Source: Nemertoderma westbladi (taxonomy: Eukaryota; Animalia; Xenacoelomorpha). From it: a stretch of 44,837 nt of DNA. Positions 11,986-22,794 of this stretch are shown here, one piece after another (the first letter of the stretch is position 1; every line of letters starts with the position of its first letter). The stretch covers positions 1 through 44,837 of the forward strand of contig JAUCBJ010007249.1 of the NCBI GenBank assembly GCA_032718475.1, given 5' to 3'. The translations under genes were made by a program, and so were the position numbers. The notes below the pieces were generated by a model, which saw nothing but the letters and a program-made list of their open reading frames with translations, was not told where the DNA came from and ran no database searches.

Positions 11986-12784
11986 TAAAGATATGATGTA
12001 GATCAAAGTAAATGTTAAGTTATAAATATATATACACAGGATAAGAAATTTAATTATAATGTTATATACTTATTACAAAACATTATATAGAGTTATTCAT
12101 GGTTATTAATAATTTATTACAAATTGTTAATTATTAATTCATAATGCCATGGTAGACATTAATTGATTTAATAAAGAATAAAAAGTTATAAAATATCAAA
12201 CATATGTCCCACAAATGGGAAGATGTAAAAATAGTATATAACTATAAATACATAAATAATAATTGTACGTTAAATAATGTTGACAATAATTATACCCACT
12301 ACTATGCTCAAGATATTTAATTTACACAGCAAATTTATTGCACACTGAAAATAACAATTTTGTGCACTAAATTTTAATATATGAAGTATTTTAATTCTGT
12401 ATACAACCGAATATAATCACATTCCCCAAAAATAATATAAAATTTTGTTCACTTTCCACTAACAATATTTGCTACATTCATTATTGATTAGCTTATTCAA
12501 TCATTATAGTAATTAGAGTTACAGTATGATTTGCTTCGGCCCGGATAACATGATCAAGAGTAACGATATGGAGTTTATTGTTTTTGTTAGAAAAGCCCAA
12601 TCCGTAACCGACATTTACCGTGAACAAAAATAATTTAATGTAACAAAATATTTAGTAAAAGGCAGACAAAGTAGTTTTTTAGTTGTAGTAATTTTGTGGA
12701 AAATTCGTTAAATAAAAGTCTTTTTTTAACAGATATTTTTGCTGAAAAAAAATTTATAACTATTTTTTTAACTTATTTTTTTCA

Positions 12785-13052
12785 AATAAAACAATATATT
12801 CGATATAAAAACGTAACGCAAAACACTATTTTCCACTCATTTTCTTTAGCAAAATTCAGATATTCTGCCCTCGTGTGTTGAGTTCTCCACTCGTTGGCAT
12901 TTTAACACTCGCTTCGCTCGTGCTAAAAACCTACCAACTCTTGTAAAACTCAACCACTCGGACAGAATAGTTGAATTTCGCTAAATTGAAAATGAGTGAA
13001 AAAAAGCGGTGTTTTCCGCGGAATTTTTTTTATCGAATAATATTCCTTTATT
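12785..13052. mobile_element. Palindromic (foldback) non-autonomous element / MITE
   Basis: ~120-bp imperfect inverted arms (e.g. cactcattttc/gaaaatgagtg, tattctg/cagaata, gttgagtt/aactcaac) around a CAC-TCGCTTCGCTC-GTG centre at 12906-12922. Confidence 0.75.
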
Positions 13053-13235
13053 ATATGGAATTGAATCAAATACGTAATCTTTTGTATATTTTTTATCTTA
13101 CTACTGTAGCTCATTTATAAGTTTGTTTTTTAATTTTCTTCCTAACGATTTTTTCGGTGTATTTTGTTTAATATCAGTATCTAATCTAACGCATTGCAGA
13201 CAAAGGCACCGTTATACCATTACATGCCCCGGAAT

Positions 13236-13473
13236 CAAGCGAGCAAATAGTCGGCCGAAGCCGGAGGCGACCCGAAGGCTTCGATAGCTCTTTCGATAGC
13301 TACTACCCGAGGTTGGGGGTGGGCGCTACTCCTATTCCTAGTTTGCTCACAGTAATTTAACTGGTACTCATTTTATCAACCCCAGGATGAAATGCTGAGT
13401 GGATCCTGGCAGGGCTCGAACCCACAATCAATACATTGTAGGCCCGGCGCTCAAGTAACTGAGCTACCCCGCC
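13236..13473 (-). mobile_element. tRNA-derived SINE (family A) with Nin-like central domain
   Basis: Minus strand: GGCGGGGTAGCTCAGTT (box A)...GGTTCGAGCCC (box B), then CTCAGCATTTCATCCTGGGGTTGATAAAATGAGTACCAG, resembling the Nin SINE core, then a distinct 3' part. Confidence 0.8.
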
Positions 13474-13689
13474 TTTAGGCCCCGAAAAATCTACAAATCT
13501 TAAAGAAGTTTGCATGGAATTTGAAACAGAGAGAGTTTCATCTCCCCCCTCCTTAGTGGGCGAGCCAGAATTTTTATTTTTGCTTTCGTTCTTTAGCTAC
13601 AAGCCTTTACGGCCTCTCATGTGTCAGGAACCTCGGCAGACTTCCGCGCCACTCAATGTTAAATTATATTGCTCGCCCGGCGCTCGCGA

Positions 13690-14130
13690 GCGGTGGCGTA
13701 TCCGCTGCGGCCAGCCACCTCGCCCAGACGGCTGCAGAGGAAGTGGAAGCTCTAAAGATCCGCAAGTACCAGGAACTCATGGACCGGGGCTACCTCTTCC
13801 ACCCAGTAACCTACGAGACCTTGGGCCGCCCAGGTCCTGAAACATCCGAGTTCCTGAAGGAGATCGAGGCCAGACCCCACCATGTTACCCAGGAACCCCA
13901 ATCTCACAGCTTCCTCCTGCAGAGACTGGCTGTTGCCGCATCGGCAATGCGGCCTCCATTATGGGGACCGAGGACCCCTCACTCACAAACAACAAGGGAC
14001 TCTACGAGGTGGTCTAGGTCTATGGTCCCTATCCCTAGTACCCCCCACCACCACGTACTTTCTTGCGCTTTAATTGTATTGTTTTCGTTTTATTATGTTT
14101 GCATTTATTTACATTTGTAATATAATATGT
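13690..14130 (+). mobile_element. 3' fragment of a CRE-like non-LTR retrotransposon (restriction-like endonuclease C-terminus + 3' UTR)
   Basis: AAEEVEALKIRKYQEL..YLFHPVTYETLGRPGP..FLKEI....SFLLQRLAVA, then GNAASIMG after a frameshift. This matches the KY...F-P-x-x-x-ETLG...FL-x-QR-x-S-V-A-x-QRGNA ending of CRE-clade ORFs. Confidence 0.8.
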
Positions 14131-14725
14131 ATTATTTTGTTTAAGCATAGCTTTAGGAGTTTAATTAGCATAATAATTTACAATAATTTATATTTACTTA
14201 AAATAAGTGTTTTACAAAAATTTATGTTATATTGCATCAGTAGAAATTCAGTTATTCTTCAATCTTATACTAATATGTTGGTAGTGTTAGGAAGCAGGCC
14301 ATGCCTGTGCTGACCCAGTAAGGAAGTGGGAGGTGAATTTATAAATTCCTGGTCCTGGTCATAACGTATCAGATGAAAACGCAGAGAAAAGGCGCCATGT
14401 ATAATAAATAAATAAGTATTAAATGAAATAAATAAATTATCAACCTTTATAGACCCCTTTTTAACCTCGCTAGCGCTCGGTAAATAAAATACCTCGAGAA
14501 TAATGAAAAAAGTTCCACTTTTTCCCCCATGTAAATTATTAGTAATTATTACAAAAATGTTGTGTATTTTTCTGGAAAATGAATAAAGAAAAGGGGAAAA
14601 TAAAATGTTCAATAATGTGAAAATTAGTAATTATCACTTTAATCACTCGATATCATCAGGCAGTAAAATGCTAAATCAGGGGAAATTAATAATAAAATAA
14701 CATAAATTAATTTATAGTCACTCAC

Positions 14726-14897
14726 TTCGTTATTCGTTATCCATTGGGCGTCAATTATCCAATGGGGGAGTCTGATGTGCAAGCGACTGGTATAGTCCGA
14801 GGTAACTAGGCAACCGGATAGAGAAATATGAAAAGAAGCCAAACAGCGACCTCCGTAAACCAACACGCGCGGGTCGCAAAAATCCTCGTCGTAAACT
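14726..14897 (-). CDS. WDR6: WDR6-like coding exon 3
   Basis: gttttaag|...|gtgagt; VLVYGGRCL...LPHWIIDAQWI, like WDR6 VAVFGSKGL...SDWIWDARWL. Splices in frame with exon 2. Confidence 0.75.
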
Positions 14898-14954
14898 CTT
14901 AAAACGTACGAAAAATAATGAGCAAATGAAAATGCTTAGTAAAAATAAATAGAT

Positions 14955-15160
14955 ATGGTAGTGCAGGGTGGTTGTATTGGATTCGCTTCTATTCGAAGGT
15001 CGTGGGTTCGATCCCCCACGAGGCCAATGAAGTTTTCCTTTCGGCGCGAATGCTTTGAAGGGACTAGCCAGGGCGTAACCCTCCCTGCCTTGCATCCTTA
15101 AATGGTAGCTAAATAAGTACTGTCGGAGTTTCCTCTGGGGAGTAAAGTTCTGGGGGGACC
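14955..15160 (+). mobile_element. tRNA-derived SINE (family B), 3'-incomplete, in WDR6 intron 2
   Basis: Box B GGTTCGATCCC near 15005. Body CCTTGCATCCTT..TGGTAGCTAAATAAGTACTG..GAGTTTCCTCT.GGGAGTAAAGTTCTGGGGGGACC is shared with 22594-22766 in reverse orientation. Confidence 0.8.
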
Positions 15161-15182
15161 AATGTGTCCATATGTAACCAAC

Positions 15183-15294
15183 CTGATACCGTGTATCACA
15201 CGTCTGATATCTAAAACTTCTATTTCCAACGGAGAACAACACAATACACGAGATTCCGATTCCAAGTGGTTTACTTCAAACGCCGAACCGCGAC
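15183..15294 (-). CDS. WDR6: WDR6-like coding exon 2
   Basis: ttttatttaaag|...|gttggt; GRGSAFEVNHL...VLDIRRVIHGI(R), like WDR6 GEGPDVLV...IHGFR. Phases 1 and 2 match both neighbouring exons. Confidence 0.7.
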
Positions 15295-15548
15295 CTTTAA
15301 ATAAAATCATAATAATTAGAAGAATAAGATGATCTCCATACTGTTGTTAAAAAATATAATTAAATTTTGTTTGGAAAAATACATTTCTTTACAGGTAATT
15401 GGGTTGGCGATGGCGCTTTTGAGTATTTATAAATTTTGAGAAAAAACATACGTTGAAAGCTATCTAGGTATAACATAGATCGACTCACACTGCTGGGGTG
15501 CATGGCTGACATAGGGTCATTCACACTGCACCATGTACAGCGCACGGG

Positions 15549-16897
15549 CCGATCTGTGGCAGGGGCCAGGCCAGTAGAACCGATCTGTGGGAGTGGCCAG
15601 TAGAAGCAAAATGTGGCAGTGGCCAGGAGAACCGATCTGTGGCCAGGCCAGTAGAACCGATCTGTGGGATTGGCTAGTAGAACCGATCTGTGGCCAGGCC
15701 AGTAGAACCGATCTGTGGGATTGGCTAGTAGAACCGATCTGTGGCCAGGAGAACCTATCTGTGGCAGTGGCCAGTAGAACCGATCTGTGGGATCAGTAGA
15801 AGCAATCTGTGGCAGTGGCCAGGAGAACCGATCTGTGGCAGTGGTCAGTAGAAACGATCTGTGGCAGTGGCCAGGATAACCGATCTGTGGGGCCAGTAGA
15901 AGCAATTTGTGGCAGTGGCCAGGAGAACTGATCTGTGGCAGTGGCCAGTAGAAACGATCTGTGGCAGTGGCCAGGAGAACCGATCTGTGGCCAGTAGAAC
16001 CGATCTGTGGCAGAGGCCAGTAGAACCGATCTGTGGCAGTGGCCAGTAGAACCGATCTGTGGCAGTGGCCAGTAGAACCGATCTGTGGTAGTGGCCAGGA
16101 GAACCGATCTGCGACAGTAGCCAGTAGAACCGATCTGTGACAGTGGCCAGGATAACCGATCTGTGGGGCCAGTAGAGGCAATCTGTGGCAGTGGCCAGGA
16201 TAACCGATCTGTGGGGCCAGTAGAGGCAATCTGTGGCAGTGGCCAGTAGAACCGATATGTGGCAGTGGCCAGTAGAACCGATCTGTGGCAGTGGCCAGGA
16301 TAACCGATCTGTGGGGCCAGTAGAGGCAATCTGTGGCAGTGGCCAGTAGAACCGATATGTGGCAGTGGCCAGTAGAACCGATCTGTGGCAGTGGCCAGTA
16401 GAACCGATCTGTGGTAGTGGCCAGTAGAACCGATCTGTGGCAGTGGGCAGTAGAACTGATCTGTGACAGTGGCCAGTAGAAGCGATCTGTGGCAGTGGCC
16501 AGTATAACCGATATGTGGCCAGTAGAACCGATATATGGCAGTGGCCAGTAGAACCGATCTGTGGCAGTGGCCAGTAGAACCAATCTGTGGCAGTGGCCAG
16601 TAGAACCGATCTGTGGTAGTGGCCAGTAGAAGCGATCTGTGGCAGTGGCCAGTAGAACCGATCTGTAGCAGTGGCCAGTATAACCGATCTGTGGTAGTGG
16701 CCACTAGAACCGATCTGTGGTAGTGGACAGTAGAACCGATCTGTGGCAGTGGCCAGTATAACCGATCTGTGGTAGTGGCCACTAGAACCGATCTGTGGTA
16801 GTGGCCAGTATAACCGATCTGTGGTAGTGGCCAGTAGAACCGATCTGTAGCAGTGGCCAGTATAACCGATCTGTGACAGTGGCCAGTAGAACCGATC
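15549..16897. repeat. 26-bp minisatellite, ~50-55 variable copies, in WDR6 intron 1
   Basis: Consensus GTGGCAGTGGCCAGTAGAACCGATCT with 20-22-bp deletion variants. Confidence 0.98.
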
Positions 16898-16930
16898 TCC
16901 CATACTCAGATACTCATGTATGTTACTCAC

Positions 16931-17000
16931 CTATAAAAACGTAGTCGCTCTTGTATAGTTTTACCGCGGTAATAGGTAGTTGGGATATAACGCAATTCAT
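16931..17000 (-). CDS. WDR6: WDR6/Trm734-like WD40 protein, coding exon 1
   Basis: ATG...MNCVISQLPITAVKLYKSDYVFI-G|gtgagt donor, phase 1. It resembles the WDR6 N-terminus (LPVTGL...LLAG). Confidence 0.7.
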
Positions 17001-20000
17001 AACTCTGTAGTCGATAATAAATAACCCAGTTACTATACTGTAGGCTAAACAACACGAGGTACCTGAAAAATTACGATGCGTTGTAAGGATATTAGAAAAG
17101 GAGACATATTTACCATTAAATTAAGAAACTAATTATTTACCGGCAATCATATCCCTGAAACTGAGAAACATCAAGATTGAATGTCGTTGATTTTGGTTAG
17201 GTGGCCTACCCTTTACACCAGATAAATTGCAATTTTAACATATCAGAAACATTAACAATTTATTATTGGTGAGGCCTAAGAAATACTTACTTTTTTAATG
17301 CAATAACCGAAACCGTACCAAAACTGGGCATTTGGTCATTTAGGGTTTGGAATCATTTATTTAACGGGAATTTTTCCCCATTAATGATTAAACTGTTAAA
17401 CAACCGCACATTCTATGGCCTGTTGAAGATGTAGATGTAGAATGCTTTCGAGACTAGTTGAGTCAGCGATGTCAGTATCGGTACTAAAACTGTCGCCAGT
17501 GTCAGAAAAGCTCTTATCTGAGAGTGGAGAGCTGCGGAAAAACTAGTCCAGTAGTCCTGCCGCGCCACCCTGCACCCGCCACTTGTTCGGATTACCTGCA
17601 TATTTTAGGTTTTGGTTAAGGGCGTTTCTTCCACGAGGTTTGGTTGCATTTGTATTGGTTAAATTAGACTAAGTCTGGGTGCTTGTGCTTCGGCCTCGCA
17701 TCCTACTACTCACTGCAGTCCTACAGTCCTACCTACTTATAATCTACAGTATTGCAGTAGTAGCACTCTGGTAGTGTTGGTGTAGTACCGATATTTGAAT
17801 TTGATAGGCCTAGTACGAAATCGAAAATAAATACACAACAGTCAGAAAGTTTTGTTTAGTCTTCGATCCGCACCGCTGGCGCGATGGGGAAATCACATAA
17901 TCTATAATAAAAATTAATTTGTAACACAAACAGACACACCTGTCAATTGAATCAGCTGATTGCCACAGATTGACTGTGAACCGTGACTCTGAATACTGGA
18001 CGTTAAAGACCACAGCGTTGGCCGAGCATCAGGTCCACTGCAATCAGGATGTCATGCCATTCAGACAACTCAAAACTCAACCCAATTAATAGTTAGGTGG
18101 CCTACCGGTATTCTTACAGAAGTAGGCCTATATGTTTGTGTTTTGCTACGTAAATACCGAATATAATCGAACTCCCTGACTATGGCTGTGTGCTGATACA
18201 GTGATAGTCTGATAGTTGATGAAATGTATTATGCATCCTCCACAGTCCACATTCCAGTATGTCTTATAATTAAATTTCCCTCCAAAGATGTTTACTGTTT
18301 AGTATAAAGTAAAGGCTAATGAATAGCCAATCACTGATAAGATTTTAATACCATTCCGTCCCACAACTTAAAGATTTCGTCTTTTTCAATGGGAATATCA
18401 GATGTCTTCATGTCGCTATGCACCACACGCGAACAGTTATCTCCTCGTGACTGGAATAGTGAAATTTTAATTAAGTTTAACAAATTTATCAGGATGTTAA
18501 TTAATGTAATTGGGCAGGTGGATTATCCCTGAAGGTACTGTATATCACCATACATGTGTATTAATTAAATCCTGCAGTCTGCACGGCCTGCAGCTTTGGG
18601 ATTGCCGTTAAATAATGGACCTACAGTATACCCTTCCATGTGTGATCAACCATGTTAACCACATTCTCTGTATATCTGAGTTACCCTTTTCAATTACTGT
18701 AGGTAAAGATACAGTACAATTTACTCTATGATATTGTAATAGAAGGGGTAGGCGTGATTTTGGTTGAAAATAAAGTGATGCATCAGTTAGCTAGTGTATA
18801 TTTTTGAAAACTTCCAAAGTGTCATACAGTACAGTATATGAATAAAAATTACACAAACTTTCAAATTCAAATCTCATAAACATTCAATAATATACCCAGC
18901 AACACCTGTTTTGGCCTATCATTACCTAGCAACTAAAATTACAATTACACGTACAGTACATTATATCCCTATACTGCCAGTAGGCCTAGGCCTACCGTTA
19001 CGGTAACCCACCACATCTGTTTCTCAACCAAACACCCCAGATCTGTCTAGATCGGCATTCGCAAACACGGATGGATGTGTCAGCTACTACTGTCCCTCGA
19101 CCGGAACCACCAAACAGTGTATATTGTACACTATGGCGACTATTATAAAAGGTCACGTGTGGAATACAATATACAGTAGATAGATAACCTTGCTATTTTA
19201 CCATCTACTCTACAATCTGCTTATTGCGTTTGACAGATTACTTCTACTTGTACTGTAATATCCTATACGGTTATAGATAATTAACTTGTCGCTATGATAG
19301 TTGGACTTTTTGTTTTTTTCTTTAAGGTTTAAGGATATATAAGTAATCATACTCTATTACACTTCCGCATATTGAATAATAACACCGTCAGAAACTCACA
19401 CAACTAAACTAACTACAGTAATTGGTTGACTCCAATAGAAGCCATTCGGGATTGTATACTGTTTCACATCCAAGTGATGATTCATACAGTATAGAGGTGG
19501 ATGAAAAATTATGTAATAATTTTTATGCTAGTGTTTATCTGTCGGTCTCTCCCTCAAAATCTTCAAAATCTTCAAAGTCTTTTTCTAACTTTGCAGTTTT
19601 GCGATTAAAAATATCTAGAGTGCCTTTTTTAAAATATCGAATTTTATTTTTTAAAATAGTGGTAACCCATTCTTCAGGAAAACTAAATAACAAATATTAT
19701 TCTTAAAGTTCCATGTCAGTCATCTACTCAAAGCAGGCCAGATTTTCTACACCTAAGAGAGCGCTTACAATCGTCATATCAAATTGATTATGTGAGAGAA
19801 GTCTTTGTTCCGCAAAAAAATTGTCTGAAAGTCTCTTGTGGTCTTATTGAGGCCTATACAGATTTCAACTCGACAGCTTTAAATCCGGCAAAGTTTTGCT
19901 AAAAAATCGCTACAACGACCCTCCCGGGGCCTTATTTCGCTATTTTGCGCCAGCATTTTAATTTATTTTAATAAATTTCTAATTTGTAAGCTATGAATGC

Positions 20001-20649
20001 TTTCTATATATTTTATTTAAAGTACTACAGTACATAAACTCAAATTTAACTTATACATAATTAATTATATACATATATTATATATATATATACTGGTACA
20101 TATCTGTTTGCTAATTAATTAATTAATACTTTATTTTATCCTCCAATTGTTTTGGAAATTAAACGCCTCCATCCATTAATTATTCTAGTTATCGATGCTT
20201 GAACACTACACTGTACATTATGATGTTTTTACAACATTTTTTTTGTGTGACTATTTTATTAGTTTGTACATCCATTTTAGCATGCAAAAATATGCTTTTA
20301 TGTTTTATTAAAGAAATATGTAAATATATACGCCTCATGAATCAAAAAGATAAATCTGGTATATATATATCCGTTCTCGGGAACAAATATATTTTCTAAT
20401 ATTTTCCGCAACATTTTTACGCGAGATAATAACGCAGTACCTGCATTTACCCGTAGTGTTCCGTAAAATTTAATAAATCTGCTATTGATTTTTCTCCAGA
20501 TGCTACAATTATACATTGCTTTAGAAAACGAGAGAAAGCCGCCACAATACGGATTAACCGCAATGCCATAGGCCCATAAGGTAAGGGATTGGAGGGGAGC
20601 CGGACTTATATAAATACACAAAGTTACGGAATTAACAATTTTCACTCGC

Positions 20650-21421
20650 CATGTACTAAAGCCTCTACGCAGGTTTTTAATGCTGAGACATTTTGGATGT
20701 GAACTGTTACAGGCATCGGAAATGTTTCGATTCTCGTTAGAGTGAGTGGATGTATTTTTAGATGCACAGCATTATTATGTGACGAAGTAATTGATTCGGC
20801 ATTTAAATTCGGAGCCTCTCCATATAGTTGATATAATAATGATTAATTCGATACACCCCCATGCGGGGTAAAATGGCAATCATTAAAAATTACAGATATA
20901 ATAATATACACAAATATATAGATAAAATTATTAAAATTATTGAGATGCGAGATGGGAAAGTGGAGGGCAATCTTTACAGTTCAGTGCGTGATAGCGTTTT
21001 CTACAGGAGAGGTTGCAGTGGCGACAGATACAGTCGGGCGATAACGGGTGGAACGGCGTTTGGTTGAGGCAGATGAGGTGGTGGAACCCATGATGGGTGG
21101 AAGCGCGAGTAATACGGTGTCTATTACGCTGACCGGGTCCAAAGGGAATTCTTAAATCCGGGTCCGTCCAGAAAGTAATAAAGTATTTGTCACGCTCGAG
21201 TCGGTGCTCGCGGTATCTGGTGGTGACGTCATCTGTTAATAATTCTGGATATTTTAATAATAGTTGATATATAATTATACAATTATTTATTGCAACGTCT
21301 CTTTTGGAAGATTGAGTGTAAATCCAGATGGATTTTCCAATAATATTTTTGCTCAACTCCCAAGGAGCTCCTATTCCGATATCAGTTATTTTTAATATCT
21401 GTTTCTGTATAAACGCTTTGC
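20650..21421 (-). CDS. Probable 336-nt phase-1/phase-1 host coding exon of unknown product, interrupted by an insertion
   Basis: Acceptor tcaatttgtag| at 21422. Removing 20836-21259 plus one TSD copy restores a continuous ~112-codon frame (GKAFIQKQ...IIYQLYGEAPNL...EALVHG) ending at a G|GCGAGT donor-like site. Confidence 0.5.
20836..21259 (-). mobile_element. Short 5'-truncated non-LTR retroelement 3' end (Cys/His-rich ORF terminus + 3' UTR)
   Basis: Exact 12-bp direct repeat ATAGTTGATATA at 20824-20835 and 21260-21271. GC-richer insert encoding ...HGFHHLIC...CICRHC...C...YH...C*, followed by a ~100-nt AT-rich tail. Confidence 0.7.
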
Positions 21422-21680
21422 CTACAAATTGACACACAGCATTTCTTACTTACAGCAGTTTTACAAAAAAGATGAGCATACCGTTCTATAATCCTTTTCA
21501 ATTAAACTCTCTTACGTATGTTAGTTGTTGCAAGTTTGGGGATTTACATAAAAAATAAAATATTAGATTATCTGCCTGCAAATAATGTAATACAGTACCA
21601 TAGCAAAGAATGGTTTAAATGGACTAGCCAGAACGGGTCGATGCCTTACATCCCTCGGCAGCTTATAGTATCGTTAGAGC

Positions 21681-21820
21681 CGCGTTTCGGCAACTCATAG
21701 TCGCGTTTCGGCAACATGGTCACAAGACACAACATGGTCGCATTTCGGCAACTCATTGTTTCATTTCGGCAACTGTTAACAGGATGCGCTTAGACAAACT
21801 GATAGATGCGTTTCGGCAAC
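21681..21820. repeat. Cluster of five TTTCGGCAAC direct repeats (subterminal-repeat-like)
   Basis: Copies at about 21685, 21706, 21743, 21764 and 21811, with irregular spacing. Confidence 0.8.
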
Positions 21821-22593
21821 TCGGTAAAAAAGGCCAACTGGATACTGTATAGAGCCGACAATATAGAGATAGATGGAATCGTATCAATCGCATCGTATTA
21901 ACATATAGGGCACAGCAAATCAATTTATTTATACTATCCATCACTTTGTGGGATTTGGTCCTCTGAAGTTCACAAATAAATGCCAGATGCCAGCCAATGA
22001 ATGAAAAGGACACAAGCATACTTTGTCACCTTCCTGTGTATAAAAAATGATTTTCTTAATAATGACGTAAATCACGTAGAGTCTTCATTAAATAATCAGA
22101 AGAACCAAGTCCTCTTGTCTGCGATGTAGGAGATTTGGCATTGAGTTTAGAAGCGTGACTTTTGTGTGAATTCTACAGCGTATCAAAAACATTAGGCTAG
22201 TTGCATCTCATTAAAAGCGAGTTATTCCCTTAATCGACTGACAGATAAGTGCGACTATTTGAAACTGATACCCCGGAGGGACGGGAAAGGTTTCTTCCTG
22301 GGCTATTTTAATTAAATTACAAGTGAACTTATCGGATTACCACCGACAGTTGCTGTCGGTAAGTGACACCGCGGCACGTGTTACGATTGGTGCTTCCTTC
22401 AGCACAACCCCGAATGCCACCGAGCAAGCGTGATATTGAACAATAACTGCCGGTAGGCAACAACTACTGTAATAGGCCTATATTTTGAAGACATCTGTTT
22501 CATCCTTAAAAGCTACACCATTCTGTATTATTTATTTATTAATTAATATCATCATACATTATATCAGAAATAGAAGAAAATCATAATGTATTA

Positions 22594-22766
22594 AAGTAAA
22601 AGTAAAGTAAAGTAAATTTTCTTCGGCCGCAAGGCCAGGGATTACGCACAAAGTCTAACACGACTTATTTACAGTGCGGTCCCCCCAGAACTTTACTCCC
22701 TAGAGGAAACTCCAGTACTTATTTAGCTACCACTCAAGGATGCAAGGCAGAGATGCGCCCTGGCTA
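22594..22766 (-). mobile_element. SINE family B, 5'-truncated copy with (TTTAC)n tail
   Basis: Reverse-complement match to 15065-15160; plus-strand aagtaaaagtaaagtaaagtaaa is the tail. Confidence 0.85.
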
Positions 22767-22794
22767 TTACATTTATATTAAAGTATAGAGCATA

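Noticed and set aside
13395-13473. tRNA gene (also 14955-15025)
   Set aside because: A/B boxes are present, but the cloverleaf is imperfect and the sequence continues into SINE bodies.
14265-14612. Candidate WDR6 exon 4
   Set aside because: The phase-0 acceptors tested lead to early stops or to peptides with no WDR6 resemblance.
15360-16930. Three long overlapping minus-strand ORFs (407, 329 and 361 aa)
   Set aside because: They are a by-product of a stop-poor 26-bp repeat cycling through all frames, and they lie in a WDR6 intron.
17413-17601. GC-richer segment with short open frames upstream of WDR6
   Set aside because: No recognisable homology or consistent splice signals, so it cannot be supported as coding.
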